Positions 28,695 through 37,122 of a stretch of DNA of 38,655 nt are shown here, piece after piece. A model generated the notes under the pieces. The model saw only the letters and a program-made list of their open reading frames with translations. It was not told where the DNA came from and made no database searches. Origin of the DNA: Desulfobacteraceae bacterium (GTDB lineage: Bacteria > Desulfobacterota > Syntrophobacteria > BM002); assembly GCA_002899795.1 (NCBI GenBank), contig PPDG01000259.1:1-38655 (forward strand), given 5' to 3'. Within the stretch, counting starts at the first letter, position 1; every line of letters begins with the position of its first letter. The position numbers and the translations under genes were made by a program.

Positions 28695-29984
28695 ATGAAC
28701 CGCAATTTCATGCCGAATATTTCTACCGAGGAAGAACTTCTTACCTTGCAGTTAGACGGTCTTCGCTGGACAGTGCGCCACTCATACCAGAACTCACCTT
28801 TCTATCGTCAGCGGTTGCAGAAAGCTAACATCACTCCGGATGACATCAACTCTATGGATGATTTGATCCGCCTGCCCTTCACCACGGCCGATGACCTACG
28901 GGAGGGCTATCCCTTTCCCTTGCGGGCCGCACCCTTTGACCAGATTGTCCGCATTCACGCTTCTTCGGGCACCACTGGCAAACGTAAGGTGCTTTGCTAT
29001 ACCCAGAAGGACATCGACGACTGGGCCGACATGTTTGCCCGCTGTTATGAGATGGCAAACCTTTCTGAGGAGGATCGTGTGCAAATCGCAGTGGGCTATG
29101 GCCTCTGGACTGCCGGTGTCGGTTTTCAGTTGGGGTGCGAGAGATTTGGTGCCATGACCGTGCCGGTAGGCCCAGGAAATACTGAAATGCACTGCGAGAT
29201 GCTTGTGGATCTACAAAGTACAGTATTCTGCGCCACTGCTTCCATGGCACTCCTTATGGGGGAAGAGGTACAGCGGCGCAACCTGGGCGACCAAATTGCA
29301 CTTACCAAAGTCATCTTGGGGGCGGAGCGCCACAGCGAGTCAATGGACCGACGTATCAAGGAGCTTCTTGCTGTTGACGACGTCTTTGACATCCCGGGCC
29401 TCACTGAATTGTACGGTCCCGGCACCGGTCTCGACTGCGGTAAACACGAGGGCGTTCACTATTGGGCTGATTATTACATCCTGGAAATCATTGACCCGGA
29501 CACCCTCGAGCCGGTTGAACCTGGGGAGATGGGCGAAATGGTAGTCACAACTTTGCGAAAAGAAGGTGCTCCTCTCATTCGTTACCGCACTCGGGATCTG
29601 ACCCGGCTGATTCCCCAACCATGCTCTTGCGGCAACCCCTTGCCCATGCATGACCGAATTCTTGGACGTTCAGATGACATGTTCATTGTCCGGGCCGTGA
29701 ATATTTATCCCGGCCAGATTGATCACGTTCTGTCGCAAGTTCCAGAAATAGGCAGCGAGTACCAGGTACACCTAGAACGTCGAGAGGACGGGCGAGATTA
29801 TATGAACCTCAAGGTGGAGAGGCGGCCGCGATTCGATGCCGATCAGAACAAAGCGATCGCGGACCGTATTGCCCGCGACATCCGCCAACACATCTTGGTG
29901 AGTGCTGAAGTTGAAGTCTTGGATCACTCCGCCCTGCCCCGTACTGAACGCAAGAGCAAACGGGTCTTCGATCATCGCCAGTAA
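28695..29984 (+). CDS. paaK: phenylacetate-CoA ligase family adenylate-forming enzyme (canonical motifs)
   Basis: 429 aa. Motifs: IHASSGTTGKRKV, YRTRDLT, GRSDDMFIVRAVNIYP and a C-terminal ERKSKRVFD. Confidence 0.85.
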   Translation: MNRNFMPNISTEEELLTLQLDGLRWTVRHSYQNSPFYRQRLQKANITPDDINSMDDLIRLPFTTADDLREGYPFPLRAAPFDQIVRIHASSGTTGKRKVLCYTQKDIDDWADMFARCYEMANLSEEDRVQIAVGYGLWTAGVGFQLGCERFGAMTVPVGPGNTEMHCEMLVDLQSTVFCATASMALLMGEEVQRRNLGDQIALTKVILGAERHSESMDRRIKELLAVDDVFDIPGLTELYGPGTGLDCGKHEGVHYWADYYILEIIDPDTLEPVEPGEMGEMVVTTLRKEGAPLIRYRTRDLTRLIPQPCSCGNPLPMHDRILGRSDDMFIVRAVNIYPGQIDHVLSQVPEIGSEYQVHLERREDGRDYMNLKVERRPRFDADQNKAIADRIARDIRQHILVSAEVEVLDHSALPRTERKSKRVFDHRQ

Positions 29985-30293
29985 ACTTGGCAATTCACAT
30001 TTGTCATTTCACATTTGTTATTTTTAGTGTATTTATCTCTTAGCTCCCAGATATCATCATCGACGGATAGAGACTCTATCCTGGGATTTCAACAAAATAA
30101 ACATTCACCTTTCAGCATTGATCTGACCAACAAGTTAGACCAGCAGTCCCAAATTTTTAGATAAGTCAAACCTAGACTTAGCAATGAAAAATGCGAAATG
30201 TGAACTGAGAAATTACCAGGGGAGGTGATACTGAACTGACTAGGGATGTGTACTTATAATTCTATAATACTATCCAAAAAGGGAGGTTGTAGT

Positions 30294-31493
30294 ATGAACA
30301 CGAGGAGAAAGATTCTGGTTTTGCTCTGTGCCATCACTATAGCTTTCTCATGGGGATGCGGCAAAAAGGAGGAACCTGTTTCCAAAGAACCTATCAAGAT
30401 TGGGGCCTTTTTCGCACTCTCTGGTCCTGCAGCCTTCATCGGTGCCCCCACTCAACTGGTGGCGGAGATGGTGGTTGACAAGATCAACAAGGAAGGTGGT
30501 ATCAACGGGCATCCTCTTGAACTTGTGATCGGCGATACCGAAAGCGATCCCACTAAGGCAATTATGGTGGCCAAACGGCTGGTGGAGAACGAAAAGGTCG
30601 TGGCCCTCATCGGCCCCACCCGCACAGGCACAGGCATGGCAGTGAAGAAATATCTGGAAAGCAAACAGATTCCCACTGTCATGACGGTTGGCGGTGATCC
30701 GGTGATCATGGAGGGGGTACACGGTGGTAAGAACTTCGGTACTGCCAAATTTATTTTTAAGTCACCGCAACGAAGCTCGATAGCTGTGAAGAAAATTTAC
30801 CTTTACCTCCAGGCCAACGGCTATCGCAAGGTAGCCCTTATAACAGCGTCTGACGGGTTCGGCCGAGATGGGAAGCGTTGGCTTACCAAACTGGCCGCCC
30901 AATATGGACTGGAGATCGTTGCGGATGAATCTTTTGAGCCCAAAGACGCTGACATGACGACTCAGCTGACAAAAATTAAAAGCACTGATGCTCAGGTTAT
31001 CGTCTGCTGGACCATCGGCCCGGCTGGATCAATAGTTGCCAAGAATGTCAAACAGCTGGCTGTCAAACTGCCGCTGGTGCAGTGCCACGGACTGCCTGAT
31101 CCCAAGTACATCGAGCTGGCAGGCAGCGCTTCCGAAGGCAATGTCATGCCCTCCACCAAGTTGATGGCGGCAGATCAACTCCCGAAGGCTGACCCGCAGA
31201 GGCAACTTATTGCTGATTTTGTTCATCTTTACAATGAAGTGTATGATTACGACAAACAATTTCCCATCAACGCCCACTCGGGCTACGCCTGGGATGCCAT
31301 TTATATATTGGCGAACGCCATGAAAAAGGTCGGAACCGATCCTGTAAAATTGAGAGCTGCCATTGAGCAGACTACAGACTATGTGGGTATTAGTGGCATC
31401 TACAACATTACTCCGGAAGACCACAATGGCCTCGACACCGACTCCATGATAATAGTCCAGATCGAGAAAGGTCAGTGGAATTTGGTCTATTAA
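30294..31493 (+). CDS. LivK-type (type I periplasmic binding fold) ABC substrate-binding lipoprotein
   Basis: I chose ATG 30294 with an AAGGGAGG SD. Lipobox FSWGC. IKIGAFFALSGPAAFIGAP is typical of Leu/Ile/Val-binding family proteins. TATAAT hexamers lie at about 30255 and 30264. Confidence 0.85.
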   Translation: MNTRRKILVLLCAITIAFSWGCGKKEEPVSKEPIKIGAFFALSGPAAFIGAPTQLVAEMVVDKINKEGGINGHPLELVIGDTESDPTKAIMVAKRLVENEKVVALIGPTRTGTGMAVKKYLESKQIPTVMTVGGDPVIMEGVHGGKNFGTAKFIFKSPQRSSIAVKKIYLYLQANGYRKVALITASDGFGRDGKRWLTKLAAQYGLEIVADESFEPKDADMTTQLTKIKSTDAQVIVCWTIGPAGSIVAKNVKQLAVKLPLVQCHGLPDPKYIELAGSASEGNVMPSTKLMAADQLPKADPQRQLIADFVHLYNEVYDYDKQFPINAHSGYAWDAIYILANAMKKVGTDPVKLRAAIEQTTDYVGISGIYNITPEDHNGLDTDSMIIVQIEKGQWNLVY

Positions 31494-31872
31494 AGCAAAA
31501 AAAACAGTTCCGGCCTGGTCTATGCGAAGATAGGTCGGCTCATCCGTAAAACTTACAACAGAAAACGGGCGCTTGAAACCTGGTGCTAAGCGGGTCTCGG
31601 CGCCCGAATACTTTCTAGCCGTTCGACCTCCCACAATCCTTTACGACACCAATTCGTGAAACATCCGGGCTAGTGACAAGTGCTGGATTTAGTGCCCAAG
31701 TTGGCAGATCCATTCCCTTGACATCATCATTGAATTGCATCTACAGTGATCGGGGATTGTAGAATGCGGATTGCGGATTTCTACTAGAAGATATTTTTGA
31801 CATTGGCCTGCATATATTTTTATTGAAAGCACAAGATTGATCATCAGTGACATACCCTTGGTCTTCGTTTTT

Positions 31873-31903
31873 AAATCTAAAATCTGAAATCTAAAATCTA
31901 AAA
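31873..31903 (+). repeat. tandem 8-nt AAATCTRA array abutting the SD of the DUF362 gene
   Basis: AAATCTAA AATCTGAA ATCTAAAA TCTAAAA, that is, four 8-nt units directly before GGGGAGG and ATG 31917. Confidence 0.7.
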
Positions 31904-31916
31904 TGGGGAGGCCCTC

Positions 31917-33023
31917 ATGCCCAGTAAAGTATTTGCCATGGATTTGCGGACCAGTTTGCAGGAGAACCTTTACGTCAAGCTGGATCGGTTGCTGGATGTA
32001 GCTGGCTTTGATGAAATTGTCAAAGAAAGGCACCTCATTGCCATTAAGCTCCACTTTGGAGAGAAGGGCAATACGGCTTACATCCCACCCACTCACCTCC
32101 GTCACTTAGTGAATAGAGTTTATAACTTGGGAGGAAAACCGTTTCTTACTGACACGAATACACTTTATGTGGGAACGCGGACCAACAGCGTGGACCACCT
32201 CACTACAGCCATTGAAAATGGGTTTGCTTATGCTGTGGCCGGCGCCCCTCTCACCATTGCTGACGGTCTGAGAGGCAACTCTGAGGTGGCCGTACCAGTA
32301 AATCTGCCGATTTATGAAGAAGTCTACCTGGGTTCCGACGTGGTGCAGGCGGACGGACTAATTAGCGCCGCCCACTTCAAGGGACACGAACTTGCAGGGT
32401 TTGGGGGCACTATTAAGAATCTCGGCATGGGCTGTGCCTCCAGAAAAGGAAAACTTGCCCAGCATTGCGAGATTTCACCCGAGTTCGACTCCAAAAAGTG
32501 TATCGGCTGTGGCGAATGTGTGGCTCATTGTCCTGCAGACGCCATTGAACTGCGCAAGAAAAAGGCCAAGATGGATGCCGAAAAATGCATCGGCTGCGGT
32601 GAGTGTATAGCGGTGTGCCCGGAGGAGGCTGTCTCCATCCCTTGGGATAGCGACACGGCCCGCTTCCAAAAAAAGATGGCGGAATACACGGTGGGAGTCC
32701 TCAAAGACAAGGAAGACCGTGCCTTCTACCTGAACTTTGTCACCAAAGTAACTCCCCAATGTGACTGCTATGGCTTCAGCGACGTTCCATTGGTCAAAGA
32801 CCTGGGCATATTAGCCAGCAGGGATCCGGTGGCAATCGATCAGGCTGCTGTGGATCTGGTCAATGCCCAGCCAGCCCTGGCTGACTGTTGCCTCGAGACT
32901 AACAGAGGGCCTGGTGAGGATAAGTTTCGCGGCGTCTATCCCCACATTGATTGGTCCATCCAGTTGGGTTATGCAGAAGAGGTGGGACTTGGCAGCAGAG
33001 ATTACGAACTCATTTACGTATAG
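31917..33023 (+). CDS. DUF362 domain protein with an inserted 2x[4Fe-4S] ferredoxin domain
   Basis: 368 aa. Two CxxCxxCxxxCP motifs (CIGCGECVAHCP, CIGCGECIAVCP) and a DUF362-like N-terminal region (IKLHFGEKGNTAYIPP, FLTDTNTLY). Confidence 0.75.
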   Translation: MPSKVFAMDLRTSLQENLYVKLDRLLDVAGFDEIVKERHLIAIKLHFGEKGNTAYIPPTHLRHLVNRVYNLGGKPFLTDTNTLYVGTRTNSVDHLTTAIENGFAYAVAGAPLTIADGLRGNSEVAVPVNLPIYEEVYLGSDVVQADGLISAAHFKGHELAGFGGTIKNLGMGCASRKGKLAQHCEISPEFDSKKCIGCGECVAHCPADAIELRKKKAKMDAEKCIGCGECIAVCPEEAVSIPWDSDTARFQKKMAEYTVGVLKDKEDRAFYLNFVTKVTPQCDCYGFSDVPLVKDLGILASRDPVAIDQAAVDLVNAQPALADCCLETNRGPGEDKFRGVYPHIDWSIQLGYAEEVGLGSRDYELIYV

Positions 33024-33052
33024 GTAGTTTTCATCCAGAAACCTCATAATTT

Positions 33053-33160
33053 CCTCCCCCTTGACGGGGGAGGATCAAGGTGGGGGTGACAAAACAAATA
33101 TGATTTCAGGCACTTAATATTCCCCCCTCCCCTTAATCCCCTCCCGCCAGGGGAGGGGAA
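33053..33160. repeat. G/C-tract hairpin elements
   Basis: CCTCCCCCTTGACGGGGGAGG at 33053-33073 and TTCCCCCCTCCCCTTAATCCCCTCCCGCCAGGGGAGGGGAA at 33120-33160. Same style as 1066-1160 and 7469-7611. Confidence 0.6.
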
Positions 33161-33233
33161 TAGGCGTTTCCGGATGGGCAAAAAACACTTCCTTCGATGA
33201 CAGGCGTGAATCCGTTTTCTTAAAGGGAACCCC

Positions 33234-34631
33234 ATGTCTCAATACGATACCGTGATCCTGGGTGCCGGACCTGGAGGTTATGTCGCCGCCATTCGAGCCG
33301 CCCAACTGGGAGCTAAGGTCTGCATTATTGAAAAAGAGCTGGTTGGTGGCACCTGCCTCAACTGGGGCTGCATTCCTACCAAGGCCATGTACAAATCCGC
33401 TGTGCTTTTCGAGCAGATGCGCAAGGCCGAAACATTTGGACTGAGTTGCGACCGGCCTCGCGCTCATCTAGACAAAATTGTCAGCCGCAACCAGCGGATC
33501 GTTGCAGAGCTTAGAGAGGGGGTTGAGCGACTATTCAATAAAAACAAGGTCAACCTGATCATGGGGGAAGGGTACGTCAAGGGACCTGGTGAGGTTGAGG
33601 TGACAACCACTAATCATGGTAAGCAGACCATTCGCGGCAAACAACTCATTATTGCTACCGGTTCTCAGCCTCTCGCCCTCGATTTGCTTCCCTGGGATCA
33701 GCAGAAGGTACTTAATACCCGAAGCATGCTGGAATTGAAGCGAATTCCCAAAAGCCTCTTTATTGTGGGCGGCGGTGTCTCTGGCTGTGAGTTCGCTCTT
33801 CTTTTCAGCGCCCTTGGCTCTACTATTCACATGACAAAGCGCAGCAAAGAGCCCATAAAAGGTCTTGATCGGGATATTAACAGCGGCTTGATTCGAGCAC
33901 TCAAAAAACGAAAAGTCAAACTGCATCTTGGAGATCCTCCTGAGGCTGCAGTTCACACTGAATCAGGCGTGAGGCTAACGCTTCAATCAGGTAAGCAGAT
34001 TGAAACCGAAATGGTCCTGGTCACAGTGGGGCGTTCTCCGGTCTCTCGGGGGATAGGATTAAACCGACTTGGCCTTGACTTGAAAAACGGTTATGTCCAG
34101 GTAAATCAATACTGCCAGACAAATATGGAGAGGGTTTACGCCATCGGAGATGTTACGGGTAAGCAGGAACTAGCTCACTTTGCTTCCCATCAGGGAATAG
34201 TTGCCGTGGAGCATGGATTGGGCGAGCAGGAAGCTGCAGTTGACGAAGATGCTGTGCCCGTTGCCATCTTTACCAGTCCTGAGATTGCCAGCGTCGGACT
34301 TACTGCCCAGCAATGCGAAGAGCGATCCATTGGTTACCTCGAGGGCTCCTTTCCTTTTCGAGCCCTCGGCAAATCCCACGCCATTGGTGAAATTGATGGC
34401 TTTGTCAAAGTAATTGCGAGGAAAAAGGATGAACGCATAATCGGCATCCATATCATCGGGCCGGATGCCAGCACCTTGATTGCTGCATGCAGCGTGGCGC
34501 TAACCAAGGGTGTGACCCTCAAGGAGATGTCCAAGACCATACAGGCTCACCCTACGGTGGCCGAGGCCTTGTGGGAGGCGGTGGAAGACGCACGGGGTCT
34601 CTCCATTCATAAGTTGGATCTGGGACTTTGA
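33234..34631 (+). CDS. lpdA: dihydrolipoyl dehydrogenase
   Basis: 465 aa. FAD motif GAGPGGYVAAIRAAQLG, redox-active disulfide GGTCLNWGCIPTK, NAD motif VGGGVSGCEFA and a C-terminal HAHPT-type motif (IQAHPTVAE). Confidence 0.9.
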   Translation: MSQYDTVILGAGPGGYVAAIRAAQLGAKVCIIEKELVGGTCLNWGCIPTKAMYKSAVLFEQMRKAETFGLSCDRPRAHLDKIVSRNQRIVAELREGVERLFNKNKVNLIMGEGYVKGPGEVEVTTTNHGKQTIRGKQLIIATGSQPLALDLLPWDQQKVLNTRSMLELKRIPKSLFIVGGGVSGCEFALLFSALGSTIHMTKRSKEPIKGLDRDINSGLIRALKKRKVKLHLGDPPEAAVHTESGVRLTLQSGKQIETEMVLVTVGRSPVSRGIGLNRLGLDLKNGYVQVNQYCQTNMERVYAIGDVTGKQELAHFASHQGIVAVEHGLGEQEAAVDEDAVPVAIFTSPEIASVGLTAQQCEERSIGYLEGSFPFRALGKSHAIGEIDGFVKVIARKKDERIIGIHIIGPDASTLIAACSVALTKGVTLKEMSKTIQAHPTVAEALWEAVEDARGLSIHKLDLGL

Positions 34632-34671
34632 GGCAGCTAGCAGCAGACAGCGGGCAGCGGGCAGTCAATAG

Positions 34672-34826
34672 GTCATTACGCTCCGCGCCTTAGCGCTTCG
34701 CTGTCATAAGGGCTGCGCCCGTCATTGAGTCATTAAGTCTCAACAATAAATGACCATTAATGACAGCGCAGCGTAGTGACGGCCACCTTCCGTGGCCTAA
34801 TGACCCAATGACTAACGACTAATGAC
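34672..34826. repeat. TAATGAC-mosaic palindromic repeat (family C) between lpdA and lipB
   Basis: GTCATTACGCTCCGCGCC...GCTGTCATAAGGGCTGCGCCCGTCATTGAGTCATTAAGTCTCAACAATAAATGACCATTAATGACAGCGCAGCGTAGTGACGGCCACCTTCCGTGGCCTAATGAC.... It runs up to the lipB ATG. Confidence 0.85.
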
Positions 34827-34828
34827 TT

Positions 34829-35545
34829 ATGACAAATATTTTACCAGATGGCTGGATCGCGAACCTCGGTCAGGCCAAATACCTCGAGGTACTCGACCTG
34901 CAGCGGGAACTGGTCAAGCTCCGCCAGGGGCAGAGCATTCCCGATACTCTGCTCCTGGTAGAACACGAGCCGGTAATCACCTTGGGTCGACGTGGAAGTA
35001 CAAGCAACATTTTGTCCTCTTCTGAACAGCTTGCTTCTCAGGGGATAAAAGTGCGCCAGGTTGAAAGAGGAGGAGATGTCACCTACCATGGCCCCGGGCA
35101 GTTGGTGGGCTATCCGGTGATCGATCTGGCCGCAAGGAAAATTGGGGTCCGCCAGTTTGTCGACTTGCTCGAAGAAACCATAATCTTGACTCTGGCCGAC
35201 TTTGGCCTCCGCGCCGGGCGGCAGTCGCAACACCGTGGTGTCTGGGTTGAAGACCGTAAAGTTGCTGCCCTCGGGGTTGCAATTAAACGATGGGTTAGCT
35301 TTCACGGCTTTGCCCTGAATGTCTCTCCCAACCTGGATCACTATTGCCACATTAACCCCTGCGAGCTTCAACATGAGCAAGTGACATCAATGGCAAGCCT
35401 TTTGGGAAAGGCACCGAGCATGGCAGAGGTGACCAAAAAGCTGCTGAACAATTTCATTGGACTCTTTCCTGGGGAGTGGCGAGAGGTTTCGCCTGCAGAA
35501 GTCTTCAGGAGAGTTCCGGCTGAGCTGACTTTAAATATAGCTTAA
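34829..35545 (+). CDS. lipB: lipoyl(octanoyl) transferase LipB
   Basis: 238 aa. Motifs: LLLVEHEPVITLGRRG, RGGDVTYHGPGQLVGYPV, KVAALGV. No SD is visible because the repeat abuts the ATG. Confidence 0.9.
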   Translation: MTNILPDGWIANLGQAKYLEVLDLQRELVKLRQGQSIPDTLLLVEHEPVITLGRRGSTSNILSSSEQLASQGIKVRQVERGGDVTYHGPGQLVGYPVIDLAARKIGVRQFVDLLEETIILTLADFGLRAGRQSQHRGVWVEDRKVAALGVAIKRWVSFHGFALNVSPNLDHYCHINPCELQHEQVTSMASLLGKAPSMAEVTKKLLNNFIGLFPGEWREVSPAEVFRRVPAELTLNIA

Positions 35546-35561
35546 TAGCTTCTGTCTTTGA

Positions 35562-35621
35562 CCGTGGGAGCGGCTTTCCAGCCGCGATTATGAAGTCGTG
35601 GCTAGAAAGCCACTCCCACAA
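35562..35621. repeat. REP doublet, tail-to-tail, short spacer
   Basis: 35562-35586 is CCGTGGGAGCGGCTTTCCAGCCGCG and 35597-35621 is CGTGGCTAGAAAGCCACTCCCACAA, with a 10-nt spacer. It lies between lipB and gcvH. Confidence 0.85.
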
Positions 35622-35659
35622 TGTAGTGAACTGTAAATTACACTGTTAGAGGAGATCTC

Positions 35660-36049
35660 ATGACAAACGGGACTTTGAAAATCAGTCAAGATCACGTCTG
35701 GGTGCAGACCAACGGAGAAGGTGCACAGGTAGGAATTTCCGATTTTGCCGCTGAAGCTCTCGGCAGCATCATTTATGTGGAACTCCCAGAGGTCGGCGAT
35801 GAAGTAACCAGGGGCGACAGCTTCGCGGCAGTGGAATCCGGCAAAGCCAGTGTAGAACTCCCTGCGCCCATATCAGGCCACGTTCTCAAAGTGAACGAAG
35901 AGCTCGAGGACGCTCCCGATCTGATAAATCAAGACACCTATGGCAAGGGCTGGATAGTCGTCCTAGCTATAAAGGACGCCACGGAACTTGACGAACTCAT
36001 GAGCAAACCTGACTACGATTTATTTGTAGCAGGCGCAGCTGAAGGCTAA
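35660..36049 (+). CDS. gcvH: glycine cleavage system H protein (lipoyl carrier)
   Basis: 129 aa with a GGAG SD. Contains HVWVQ..., GISDFAAEALGSIIYVELPEVG, and lipoyl-Lys context AVESGKASVELPAPISG. Confidence 0.9.
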   Translation: MTNGTLKISQDHVWVQTNGEGAQVGISDFAAEALGSIIYVELPEVGDEVTRGDSFAAVESGKASVELPAPISGHVLKVNEELEDAPDLINQDTYGKGWIVVLAIKDATELDELMSKPDYDLFVAGAAEG

Positions 36050-36284
36050 TTTCCTCCCGCCTCATGCAGCCCTCAGTGGCAGTCTTTCTCGTTGACATGC
36101 ACCATTTGGTTGCATTAACGTAAAAATAGTTGATATTTCAAGTTCCACCTCGTTTTGGAGGCTTTATACCTTTCCCCACTGAGCTTCAGGATCACGCACC
36201 GTAGCCATTGGCTTCATCTCTCCGGAGGTAGTACTGAGGGACTTTCCTCCCTCCTTGAGAGTAATAATGAACGGGGAGGCTATT

Positions 36285-37055
36285 ATGAAAAAGCTATTTA
36301 TACTAGTGGCAGCAGTGTTTCTCGTTTCTGTTCAACCTGCACTGTCGGCAGAACTTACTATTTTGACAGAAAATCTGCCGCCCTTGAACTATGTAGATAA
36401 CGGCGTTCTGGTTGGTCCTTCTGTTGACATAGTTAGAGAAATTCAGAGAAGGGTAGGATCCCATGAGGAAATCAAGGTTTATCCATGGACAAGAGCCTAC
36501 AAAATGGCTCTGGAAGAGGAAAATGTTGTATTGTTCAGTATGACTTATACCAAAGTACGTTATGACAAATTCAAATGGATTGGCCCGGTAGCGAAGAAAA
36601 GAGATATTCTGGTCGCCAAGAAGGGTTCAGGTATAAGAATTAACAGCCTGGAAGATGCCAAAAAAGTAAACCGCATTGGCACGCTTCGAGACGATACCAG
36701 AGAGCGCTTGCTCAAGAGTCACGGATTTACCAATCTTGAACCTGTTTCTGATGAACAGATGAATGCTCAAAAGCTTGATCTCGGGCGGATAGATTTATGG
36801 ACGTACAAGAAACCGGGATTACGAACTGTTTGTGACTTGGCCGGGGTTGATTATAATGAAATGGAGGAAGTCTACAATCTCCGGGAAATCGATGTCAGCA
36901 TTGCTTTTTCAAAGAAAACGTCAGATTCAATTGTACAAAAGTGGAGAACTGCTTTTAACCAAATGGTAGCTGATGGAACAATAATGAAAATTCGCAAGAA
37001 ATGGAATAACAGAATACCAGATGCTCCATTTCCAGAGCTTGAAGACAAACCCTAG
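36285..37055 (+). CDS. family 3 (polar amino acid-type) periplasmic substrate-binding protein
   Basis: I chose ATG 36285 with a GGGGAGG SD. Signal peptide MKKLFILVAAVFLVSVQPALSA. The mature start ELTILTENLPPLNY is typical of SBP_bac_3-like proteins. Confidence 0.7.
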   Translation: MKKLFILVAAVFLVSVQPALSAELTILTENLPPLNYVDNGVLVGPSVDIVREIQRRVGSHEEIKVYPWTRAYKMALEEENVVLFSMTYTKVRYDKFKWIGPVAKKRDILVAKKGSGIRINSLEDAKKVNRIGTLRDDTRERLLKSHGFTNLEPVSDEQMNAQKLDLGRIDLWTYKKPGLRTVCDLAGVDYNEMEEVYNLREIDVSIAFSKKTSDSIVQKWRTAFNQMVADGTIMKIRKKWNNRIPDAPFPELEDKP

Positions 37056-37122
37056 AACTCAAGCCTTAAAAAACACCCACCAAGACCTTGCCAACGTTTG
37101 GCTGGCGCAGTAGAATTGTGCC

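Noticed and set aside
31702-31716. Sigma54-like promoter TGGCAGATCCATTCC upstream of the DUF362 gene
   Set aside because: The -24 GG is present, but the -12 element reads TTCC instead of TTGC, so the critical GC is lost. No enhancer-binding protein gene is nearby. Other TGGCA[CT] strings (12303, 12358, 7164, 19124) also lack a correctly spaced GC.
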